Part shown: positions 37,470-45,885 of the stretch, one piece after another
Numbering within the stretch: the stretch's first letter is position 1
Layout of the letters: each line of letters opens with the position of its first letter
The notes under the pieces: generated by a model
What the model was told of the DNA's origin: nothing
What the model saw: the letters and a program-made list of their open reading frames with translations, nothing else
Database searches by the model: none
From: a virus
Reading direction: 5' to 3' (one strand)
Length of the DNA: 64,000 bases
IMG/VR virus record: IMGVR_UViG_3300006339_000005
Location: 1-64,000 of that record
Made by a program: the position numbers and the translations under genes

Positions 37470-38240
37470 ATGTCCGCATTAAGAACTTTACTTGAATTAG
37501 GAACCGACATCGGAGCAAAAGCGTTCAAATCAATTTACGTTTTTCACTCTAGCTTCGATACTACTAGAGATAGTAATCCAGGATGTTGTTGTCTATGGAC
37601 AGTTCCAGCAGATACACCTTGGGCGGCATTTGAAGTTTGGGGAGCAGGCGGAGACGGCGGCGGAGTATGTTGCTGTATGCAAGGCTTTGCCGGAGGTGCA
37701 GGAAGTTACGGACGTAAAATGCTTGAAACCACAGCAGGTGCAACCTTTACATTATGTTCAGGCTCAGCAGGATGTTGCCGACCAACTAATACAGGATGTC
37801 CAGGTTGTGGAAGTTACGCTTGTTCGGCAACTGGTTGTTGTGATGGAACATACTTTTGTTTATGTGCATCAGGCGGTGCTTACGGTCGTTCAGACTGTCA
37901 CTTTGGAGCGGCTTCAGGAACATATTGTGGATGCCCAACTTACGTTTGCGGATGTGTAAACGGATCAGACTTTTCAGTTTGTGGACACAATGGCGGCGGA
38001 GCAGGTACATCAATGTGTGCAAGTTCGTCCTTTCAATTAATACAATCTGCACCGATGGCACAAACAGGTGCAAGAATGAGCAGAGACCAGTGTTATAAAA
38101 CATATGGTAGAGAACAAGGCGGTCCAGCTACTTTCCCAGGCGGCGGTGGCGCAACAGGAAATACACACGATGGTACTTGTTACTGTGGTGGACCAGGAGC
38201 AGGAGGATTGGTTGTTGTATACTATACATCCGATCTATAA
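37470..38240 (+). CDS. Cys/Gly-rich fibre-tip protein 2 (256 aa, 26 Cys)
   Basis: Paralog of 35936. Confidence 0.75.
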   Translation: MSALRTLLELGTDIGAKAFKSIYVFHSSFDTTRDSNPGCCCLWTVPADTPWAAFEVWGAGGDGGGVCCCMQGFAGGAGSYGRKMLETTAGATFTLCSGSAGCCRPTNTGCPGCGSYACSATGCCDGTYFCLCASGGAYGRSDCHFGAASGTYCGCPTYVCGCVNGSDFSVCGHNGGGAGTSMCASSSFQLIQSAPMAQTGARMSRDQCYKTYGREQGGPATFPGGGGATGNTHDGTCYCGGPGAGGLVVVYYTSDL

Positions 38241-38250
38241 GGGATAAACT

Positions 38251-39051
38251 ATGTCAGAATTAAAACAATTTTTACCAGGCTATGCTGTTTCGACAACACC
38301 GCCACAAGCATTTACAGTATCCTATGAATGGAACTGGGATCATAATGAATCGTGGCCACGCCAAGCACACGGAACACCTCCTACATCAAGATATTGTTGT
38401 CCAGGCAACGGCGGAAAATGTTGTTATTGGGCGGCGCCGGCAGGATCAAGTTACGTAGTTTTTGAAATGTGGGGCGGAGGTTCGTCAGGCTCTGGTGCGT
38501 GTTGCTGTATGGAAGGTTATTCGGCAGACTCAGGAAGTTATGGTGTTAAAAGTACTCCAATAGTAGCAGGTGATATGTTCACAATTTGTGCAGGAGCTTC
38601 AACTTGTTGTAGACCTAATGAAACAAATTATCCCGGATGTAACAGTTATGTTATGGGAACTCCGACAGGATTAAGTTGCTTTTGTGCAACTGCTTGTGGA
38701 GGACTATGTACAAACTGTTCTCAATGTCATGGATACTATGGATGTTATAGTTGTTGTATGAACTGTTATAACTGTTCGCAACAACCTAATAATGTTGACT
38801 TTGGAATTTCAGGAATTAAAGGATCAGCACAACGCTCACAGCATTGTGGTGATAGAGGATTACAATATATACCAGTTGCACCAATGGCTTCATCAGGACC
38901 AAGAATGGCCGGAAATGGTTGTTGCGTAAGAGGCGGCGATATGTTTGGCTCATGGCCAGGTGGGGCAGGAGCATCATCTCAAGCACAAGGTGGTGGATGT
39001 TGCTGTGGTTCACCAGGAGCAGGCGGGGCAGTTTATGTCTTGTACTACTAG
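38251..39051 (+). CDS. Cys/Gly-rich fibre-tip protein 3 (266 aa, 28 Cys)
   Basis: Paralog of 35936 and 37470. Confidence 0.75.
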   Translation: MSELKQFLPGYAVSTTPPQAFTVSYEWNWDHNESWPRQAHGTPPTSRYCCPGNGGKCCYWAAPAGSSYVVFEMWGGGSSGSGACCCMEGYSADSGSYGVKSTPIVAGDMFTICAGASTCCRPNETNYPGCNSYVMGTPTGLSCFCATACGGLCTNCSQCHGYYGCYSCCMNCYNCSQQPNNVDFGISGIKGSAQRSQHCGDRGLQYIPVAPMASSGPRMAGNGCCVRGGDMFGSWPGGAGASSQAQGGGCCCGSPGAGGAVYVLYY

Positions 39052-39059
39052 GATAAACA

Positions 39060-40547
39060 ATGGCTTATAAACAAATAGAACTTAAATTTTCATATGATAT
39101 GCCAGATGCATATCTTTCACAATCTTTTAGTGAAGGTAAAAAAGGAAGTCATACATATAAAGGTCCAGAAAAATTATGGATTTTTATGGACAAGATGACA
39201 AACGTAAGAGCTGGCTCTCCCGGAAAAAACGATATAGAACCTGATTATGTACCACCAGCACATACTTACAAAGTATTAATTGATTGTGTTACAGATCCTT
39301 TAATTTGTGAATTACTAGAAACTGATGTTGATGATTTATTTTTAGACAACAGACCTTATATTGAAGAAACATTACCAGTAAAAAGAAAAAATGGTGAATT
39401 CTTTACACACGCAGAACCAGAATTTCCAACACCAGATCATACTTATGAAATAGCAAAGATAGAATTTAATCCAACCGGGCATGATACTAAAACAGGAGTA
39501 GGCGGAACTTGGGTTTATCCTTTACCTTTAAAAAAGCCACACGTTAGTTGGTACTCATTAAAGAAAACTCGCTGGAGTAGATTAAGTGGAAGTGATGGGC
39601 ACGTACACGATGATATGCCAGCGGCTTTACAAGAGGCATGGATTGACTATAGAAAAATTCTTAGGGAAATTCCACAACTATATGGGGCTTCATTTGATAT
39701 AAGCATTGATGCAGGCGGAACAGATTATGCTAAAGGCGATAAATTTGTTGTACCAGCATCAGTATTTGGATTTAAAGAAGGCGATCTTGGAGAACCAGAT
39801 GACCTTTGCCAACCTAGGGGATGGCGACCAGGATTTGATCACTATGATGAATCATTAACACACCGTGGAGATATTCCAAAAAAGACAGATGCCAAAACAG
39901 CTATTTTGGAAGTACCAGGTATAAGAATGGTAGGTGATAATCCAGAAATTCCAGAAGGTATTATTGCAGAAGTTCCACTAACAGAAGCAACACCAGGTAT
40001 TAAACTAGGTGAAGCTATTAGTGGTGAAAAAATGACACTTGACCTTACAGTTATTGTTGAAGCAGTAGATGGTGATGGTGCTATTACTGAAGTAAGAACA
40101 CGTAATGCATTTATGGGCAGACATATTAAAGAAGCACAAACACACGATACACCAACATATACTACAGAAGCTACAGGAACCGGCTTTAAATTTACTTTAT
40201 CTAAAGTAAAACGCATTGAACCTTGGAAATGTAGATTTCCAGATGCTCCTAATGATAGAGAAGCACAATGGGAAGGTAAACGAATTCATCATTATATGAG
40301 TGATGAAGAACGTGATGATCCTAGTGATGGACGTTTTATGGAACACAGATATCACCCTTTGACACACCACTTTATTCCACCAGAACAGGATGGTAATTAT
40401 TTTGCTAAAGACCTAAAACGCTTAGGTTTAAGCACCAACGACACATCATTTGATGATGGCATCACTGATGCACTACCAGCCGCACCTTCAAGCCCTTCAG
40501 GCAAAATTAGGGTAGCTGGAACTATTACAGCCAGAAAACAATCCTAA
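39060..40547 (+). CDS. Tail-fibre assembly/chaperone-like protein 2 with an inserted domain (495 aa)
   Basis: N-terminus aligns with 36730 (KQI...F.YD..D.YL.Q...Y.GPEKLW.F); YRKILREIP motif. Confidence 0.6.
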   Translation: MAYKQIELKFSYDMPDAYLSQSFSEGKKGSHTYKGPEKLWIFMDKMTNVRAGSPGKNDIEPDYVPPAHTYKVLIDCVTDPLICELLETDVDDLFLDNRPYIEETLPVKRKNGEFFTHAEPEFPTPDHTYEIAKIEFNPTGHDTKTGVGGTWVYPLPLKKPHVSWYSLKKTRWSRLSGSDGHVHDDMPAALQEAWIDYRKILREIPQLYGASFDISIDAGGTDYAKGDKFVVPASVFGFKEGDLGEPDDLCQPRGWRPGFDHYDESLTHRGDIPKKTDAKTAILEVPGIRMVGDNPEIPEGIIAEVPLTEATPGIKLGEAISGEKMTLDLTVIVEAVDGDGAITEVRTRNAFMGRHIKEAQTHDTPTYTTEATGTGFKFTLSKVKRIEPWKCRFPDAPNDREAQWEGKRIHHYMSDEERDDPSDGRFMEHRYHPLTHHFIPPEQDGNYFAKDLKRLGLSTNDTSFDDGITDALPAAPSSPSGKIRVAGTITARKQS

Positions 40548-40569
40548 TAAACCTAAATCCTTTAAATAT

Positions 40570-40597
40570 TTGAACGTACACTTACCAAGTGTATTAT
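40570..40597 (+). promoter_or_regulatory. Possible sigma70 promoter with a palindromic operator in the spacer
   Basis: TTGAAC 40570-40575 and TATTAT 40592-40597; tacactt-acc-aagtgta inverted repeat at 40577-40593. Confidence 0.45.
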
Positions 40598-40619
40598 ACT
40601 CTATTATAAAGGATAACGG

Positions 40620-41597
40620 ATGTCAGAAAAACGAAATACAGCTATTTTTATTAACGGCGGTGCCGGTCGTGTAATAGCATCTATTCCAGCTTTAGAAAAA
40701 TTTGCAGAAGAAAATCCTGATGATGATTTTGTAATAGTTTGTGAAGGTGGTACAGACTTCTATAAAGGACATTCAACTCTTCACGCTAGAGCATACGATG
40801 TTTGGCACAAAAATTTATTCCAAGAAAAATTAATTAATATGACATTATGTACACCCGAACCATATCGTGTTTGGGAGTATTATAATCAACAATGCAGTAT
40901 TGCTGAAGCATATGATATCGGCATTAACAATAAAGGCTTACGAGAACTCCCACGTCCAAGAATTAAACTTAATAGACAAGAACAAATGTTTGGACAACAA
41001 CTTATTAATGAAGTTAAAGAAAAAACTAAAAAAGATAAAGTTATAGTCTTTCAACCATATGGTAGGGCAGTTCAAAACCAAGATGGCATGGTATCAGACT
41101 TTAGTGGACGAAGTTTTGAAGCTGATAATGCCGTAAGTCTTGTTAGAACTCTGTCAGAGAAAGTTGGAATAATTCATATGGCAGAATTTCATATGGATTT
41201 TAGTAAACATAATGTAAAAAATCCTATTGCTTGTCCACAAGGTGCAGACTTAAGAGCATGGGCTGGTATAATATGGGCGGCTGATTATTTCTTAGGTTGT
41301 GATAGTGCTGGACAACATATAGTTCATGCATTAGAGAAAAAATGTACAGTTGTTATAGGATCGACTTTTTCTAAAAATGTTTCTTATCCAGACGATAAAA
41401 ACTTTGACATTTTAGATATGGGATCAGGAAAAAGAGTTTATTCTCCTATTCGTATTACTACAGATGAATATTCAGATAGAGTCAACGATGGTATTATGGC
41501 AATGAATGATAAAATAGAAAATGTTATTATAGAATCTGTAATGAACGGTATTAAAGGAAAAAAGAAAGTCGGTTCTAAATACACAAAGGAAAAATAG
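40620..41597 (+). CDS. GT-B glycosyltransferase, GT9/heptosyltransferase-like (325 aa)
   Basis: GGAGRVIASIPAL start motif and FLGCDSAGQHIVHAL, matching the GT9 IG.DSG..H.A.AL signature. Confidence 0.65.
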   Translation: MSEKRNTAIFINGGAGRVIASIPALEKFAEENPDDDFVIVCEGGTDFYKGHSTLHARAYDVWHKNLFQEKLINMTLCTPEPYRVWEYYNQQCSIAEAYDIGINNKGLRELPRPRIKLNRQEQMFGQQLINEVKEKTKKDKVIVFQPYGRAVQNQDGMVSDFSGRSFEADNAVSLVRTLSEKVGIIHMAEFHMDFSKHNVKNPIACPQGADLRAWAGIIWAADYFLGCDSAGQHIVHALEKKCTVVIGSTFSKNVSYPDDKNFDILDMGSGKRVYSPIRITTDEYSDRVNDGIMAMNDKIENVIIESVMNGIKGKKKVGSKYTKEK

Positions 41598-42499
41598 TGA
41601 AAAGGTTATTCGCATTTGGCTGTTCGTTCACTAATTATGCGTGGCCTACTTATGCAGATTTTTTAGGTTATGAATTTGACAAATACGAAAATTGGGGATT
41701 CCCAGGATTTGGAAATCGTGCTATAGCAGAACGTGTAGCTGAATGTCACGCAAAAAATAATTTTAATAAAGACGATACTGTTTTAGTTCAATGGACTAGT
41801 CATACTCGTAATGACTTTCATACCTTTAAAGAAATAAAATATAGCAAAGAAAAATTTATTCATGGTTACTTTAGACCTACGAATAAAATAGGTTGGAAAA
41901 CACAAGGTAATATTTTCGGAGGTGGCAACTTAGAATTAAATTATGATTCTAAATGGATTAATAATTTCTGGGATGAATATAGTTATTTTATGTATTCTAT
42001 GAATGAAATATTACTTACCCAAGGATTATTAGATTCAACTAGTTGCAAATGGCGTATGATTACTATTAGTGATATAGCAAAACTAGGAAGTGATACGCCA
42101 GTAACTGCGGGTGAAACAGTTAATAATAACAAAAAAACTGCTTGGGAAGAAAAGCCTGAATTTAATTGTTATCGTGAAACAATATTTGAAGGAAAATATA
42201 AAAATAACTGGCTTGCACCTTTAGGATTATTTGCTTGGGAAAGAAAAGAAGATTTATATACTTTTAGAGGGCCAAATGATCCAGAACCTTACGAAGACTT
42301 TCATCCTAGTAATAAGCATCATTATGATTATATGAATGAAGTTGTACGTCCTAGTTTGGGCCATACAAAATATAATAATACTAAACAACAAAGTATGTAC
42401 GAAAAAATTACAAGACTTAAAGAACAAACTAATGATTTTATTAGTTTTGAAGAACAAATAATACATAATAAACCACACGAAGGATATATAGGATTTTAA
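41597..42499 (+). CDS. SGNH/GDSL-like hydrolase or acyltransferase (300 aa, GTG start)
   Basis: FGCSFT block I, G.PG.GN block II, DFHP...H block V. Confidence 0.55.
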   Translation: MKRLFAFGCSFTNYAWPTYADFLGYEFDKYENWGFPGFGNRAIAERVAECHAKNNFNKDDTVLVQWTSHTRNDFHTFKEIKYSKEKFIHGYFRPTNKIGWKTQGNIFGGGNLELNYDSKWINNFWDEYSYFMYSMNEILLTQGLLDSTSCKWRMITISDIAKLGSDTPVTAGETVNNNKKTAWEEKPEFNCYRETIFEGKYKNNWLAPLGLFAWERKEDLYTFRGPNDPEPYEDFHPSNKHHYDYMNEVVRPSLGHTKYNNTKQQSMYEKITRLKEQTNDFISFEEQIIHNKPHEGYIGF

Positions 42500-42500
42500 G

Positions 42501-44342
42501 ATGGACAAAAAACCCGTATGGATTGCCGGAATAGCTAGAGGACATAACTCTGGTGTATGTTTGTTAAAAGACGGCGAAGTTGTTTTTGCAATTGAAGAAG
42601 AAAGATTAACTCGTAGAAAATACGACGGTGGTCCTCTTGCTTCTATGGTTAAAATTTTAGAGTATACTGATAAAATTGACTTTTTAGTTGTAGCACATAC
42701 ACAAAATTTAAAGCATACAGCTGGAAAAATAGACTTTAGTGGTGATGATGTTTATACAGGATTAGCAAGAAAGTTAGGCTTAATAAGTAGGAGTGACTAT
42801 GATATCTACGGTGATGGACATCCCCAAGTAATAGATTTAAGCCATCTTCATCATAAGTTACACGCCGCTTGTGCATTTTATAGAAGTGGGTTTGATAGTG
42901 CCGCGGCACTTATTATTGATGGAGCAGGAACATTTCTTGAGTTTAACTTCTATGGGGCTCATAAAACTTTTCGACTTAATGATGAAGGAACATTATGTTT
43001 TGAAACTGAAAGTATTTTTAAATGCGACTATCCTAGTAATTTTAGAACTGTTTATAAACACGTTGGCGTTAGAGGTCCAATGACTACTAGTATACATGAA
43101 AATTGTAGTAGTAAAATGTATGATGAACATGAAAATGATACTCATATATTACATATGACAGAAAATGCAGGCATTGTAAAAGCATACGAGGCAGTAACAG
43201 AATACTGTGGTTTTCAGTTTATTGAAGCTGGCAAAACTATGGGGCTATTTCCTTACGGAAAAGAAAATCCTGATTGTCCAAAAATATTTAGACACGATAC
43301 AAAATTCCCTATTGCAGATAGACAAGTTATTGTACCACAATACCCAAATGGTGCGAACGTTAATTATCGCTCCTTTGATTATCTTTCTCCAGGAGAAGAA
43401 GGATGGAATGTTGATGTAACTGAATATGATAATCGTCGAGATTTAGCGTATACTGTACAAACAGAAACACAAGAAGAAGTTGTAAAACTTATAAGAAAAA
43501 CTGTTGAATTAACTAAAAGAAATAAAGTAGTTATTAGTGGAGGTTATGGATTAAATTGTGTTGCAAACTATCATTACTTAGGCGCACTAAAAGATGAAGA
43601 CATCGAAGTTTATGTTGAACCAGTTTCAAATGATGCTGGAACGGCAATGGGTGCGGCACTTTATTTTTATAGACAATTAACTAAAGATAATACTGTACAT
43701 CCACAAGTAGATACATTATTTGAAGGTCCAGCATACTGTTATTCTGAAGATGAAATCCAAAAACTTGCAACAAAATATAAGGCTTCAGTTAAGGCTTGTG
43801 ATGATGAAAAAGTTGTAGACTTATTAACAACTAAAAATATTGTTACTATTTTTCAAGGTAAATCAGAAAACGGTCCTAGAGCATTAGGAAATAGAAGTAT
43901 TATTTTTGATCCTACTTATGAAGATGGTAAGGACTATGTTAATAAAGTAAAACGTAGAGAATATTTTAGACCTTTTGCTGGATCTATTTTAGAAGAATAT
44001 GGTCAAGAATGGTTTGATTTACGAGGCATGAAAAATTCACCAACAATGATGTATGCTGTAAATTGTCAACCAGGAATTGCTGAAAAAATTCCAAGTATTA
44101 TTCACGTAGATGGTACGTGTCGTATTCAAACTGTTAACGAAAAACAGAATAAAAACTATTATAATTTAATTAAAGCATTCCACAAAAGAACTGAAATTCC
44201 AATAGTGTTTAATACTAGTTTTAATTTAGCTGGAGAACCACTAGTTGAAACACTTGATGATGCCGTAAGAACCCTTGCTAATAGCGAAATTGAGTACCTA
44301 TACTTGCCTGAATATAACAAATTAATAACACTTAGGAACTAA
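42501..44342 (+). CDS. O-carbamoyltransferase, NodU/CmcH family (613 aa)
   Basis: GHNSGVCL..EEERLTRRKY, HH..HA..AFY.S, DGAG, GKTMGL.PYG, GG..LNCVAN, E.GPRALG.RS, RPFA, HVDGTCR.QTV, NTSFN..GEPLV. Confidence 0.93.
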   Translation: MDKKPVWIAGIARGHNSGVCLLKDGEVVFAIEEERLTRRKYDGGPLASMVKILEYTDKIDFLVVAHTQNLKHTAGKIDFSGDDVYTGLARKLGLISRSDYDIYGDGHPQVIDLSHLHHKLHAACAFYRSGFDSAAALIIDGAGTFLEFNFYGAHKTFRLNDEGTLCFETESIFKCDYPSNFRTVYKHVGVRGPMTTSIHENCSSKMYDEHENDTHILHMTENAGIVKAYEAVTEYCGFQFIEAGKTMGLFPYGKENPDCPKIFRHDTKFPIADRQVIVPQYPNGANVNYRSFDYLSPGEEGWNVDVTEYDNRRDLAYTVQTETQEEVVKLIRKTVELTKRNKVVISGGYGLNCVANYHYLGALKDEDIEVYVEPVSNDAGTAMGAALYFYRQLTKDNTVHPQVDTLFEGPAYCYSEDEIQKLATKYKASVKACDDEKVVDLLTTKNIVTIFQGKSENGPRALGNRSIIFDPTYEDGKDYVNKVKRREYFRPFAGSILEEYGQEWFDLRGMKNSPTMMYAVNCQPGIAEKIPSIIHVDGTCRIQTVNEKQNKNYYNLIKAFHKRTEIPIVFNTSFNLAGEPLVETLDDAVRTLANSEIEYLYLPEYNKLITLRN

Positions 44343-44400
44343 ATCCCCGTCCTAGCTGATCCTATGTTTTTAGGTAAATATATAAAACAAGAGGATTATA

Positions 44401-44823
44401 ATGTTTGATATTAGTCGATACTTTCGTAAAGGTGGAAATAACTCCATTGAGTTTAAAAATGGAGCTAATCTCAGTTACGCAGGTCCCTCACATACCTTGG
44501 TTAATTCCGGTACAGAAATAGACCGTTGGTATGTAGGTCAGTTTATGGGTGCAGAATATACTGTTACGTGTGATGTAGATACGGCACGTAAAGAAGTTAT
44601 AAAGGCCCTAGTTACTGCTAGTCCAAATAAAGCTAATGTTGTGATCTATGGTAGAAGTAATTTAGGTGATGATTTACTTCAATTAGAAGCTACAGTTACT
44701 GACTCGTTTTTTAGTTTAATAGCATATCCTAGAGAACAAGCAGACTCTACTGTGATCCAAGGTGCAAAATTAATCTTCAGTGCAAATTATTACAAAACAC
44801 TAAATGAGGCCACAGCAACTTAA
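44401..44823 (+). CDS. Virion structural protein (140 aa)
   Basis: gagg SD with GTAAATA upstream; beta-sandwich-like pattern (AEY.V..D....KEV). Confidence 0.7.
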   Translation: MFDISRYFRKGGNNSIEFKNGANLSYAGPSHTLVNSGTEIDRWYVGQFMGAEYTVTCDVDTARKEVIKALVTASPNKANVVIYGRSNLGDDLLQLEATVTDSFFSLIAYPREQADSTVIQGAKLIFSANYYKTLNEATAT

Positions 44824-44851
44824 TGTCGATAAATACGTATGGAGAAGATAA

Positions 44852-45880
44852 ATGCCTGTAATTAAATCGCCTTTTGAAGCACAACACGGATATAAGAGCC
44901 CAGGATTTACTGTTGATGAGCTCGGTAATGTTACTGTTCGTACACTATCATATACTTCACAAGAAGAAGCAACAATTAGCGGCGATTTTATTATGCGCCA
45001 GACAGGTTACGGAGCTTTCACGGCTTTTACTATTGATGGGTACTATATTGAAGGTTCAACTTCTACCTTAGATAGTAATCCAGGAATTGCTTTAGTTAGA
45101 GGTGAAGCATATACATTTACTTTACTGCTAACTGAAAGCGGCGGAGACATTACCTTTAACGTTTATCAGGATGATTCAGCTAATCCAGAGGGGCAAAAAT
45201 TAGCTTACAATGAAGGACTTAAATGGACAAACGACGGTGGTACAACTGAATCAGAAGAAGGCGATGCACAAGGACAAGGAGTTGGTAAACTAACATTTAC
45301 AGTTCCAGCTAACGCACCGTCAACTTTATACTATGCAGATGCTGATCAAGTTCCACTAGGTAATATAGTAGTTACAGATCCAACCATTTCAGGGATTGGA
45401 TCTTTTAGTACTATTCTTACTACAGGTAACTTAACTGCACAAGGTGAAGGTGCAAATATAACATTATCACCAACAGGATTAGGAACAGTTGTTATTAATC
45501 CAGTTGGCGGCGGATCATTGAGTAACATGGACGTTAATGCTGTAAAGTTAACTTCAACTGGTGATGTTACACTAGGTGGAGTAAATTCTACAATAAAAAT
45601 GATTCCAACAGGATCAGGAACAGTTGATATAAGGCCAGAAGGAACTGGCAGTATGAATAATATAATAATAGGTGAATCAACTGCTCAAAATGGTAATTTT
45701 TTAGGTATAACTTCTACGTCTGGAACGTTAAATAATACAGTGATAGGAAATGTAACACCAGCAACTGCATCATTTACAACTGCAACGGCGTCACAAAATC
45801 CTACAGGAGCAACAGAAGTTACTAATAAGAAATATGTAGATATGACGGCATCAGCATTAGCGATTGCGTTAGGGGTATAA
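44852..45880 (+). CDS. Fibre protein with a cupredoxin-like module (342 aa)
   Basis: NP.I.LVRG..YTF...LTFTVP.NAPSTLYY; I.N..IG..TPA..FT repeats; NKKYVD...ALAIALG C-terminus; preceded by GATAAATA 44828-44835. Confidence 0.75.
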   Translation: MPVIKSPFEAQHGYKSPGFTVDELGNVTVRTLSYTSQEEATISGDFIMRQTGYGAFTAFTIDGYYIEGSTSTLDSNPGIALVRGEAYTFTLLLTESGGDITFNVYQDDSANPEGQKLAYNEGLKWTNDGGTTESEEGDAQGQGVGKLTFTVPANAPSTLYYADADQVPLGNIVVTDPTISGIGSFSTILTTGNLTAQGEGANITLSPTGLGTVVINPVGGGSLSNMDVNAVKLTSTGDVTLGGVNSTIKMIPTGSGTVDIRPEGTGSMNNIIIGESTAQNGNFLGITSTSGTLNNTVIGNVTPATASFTTATASQNPTGATEVTNKKYVDMTASALAIALGV

Positions 45881-45885
45881 TTTAA

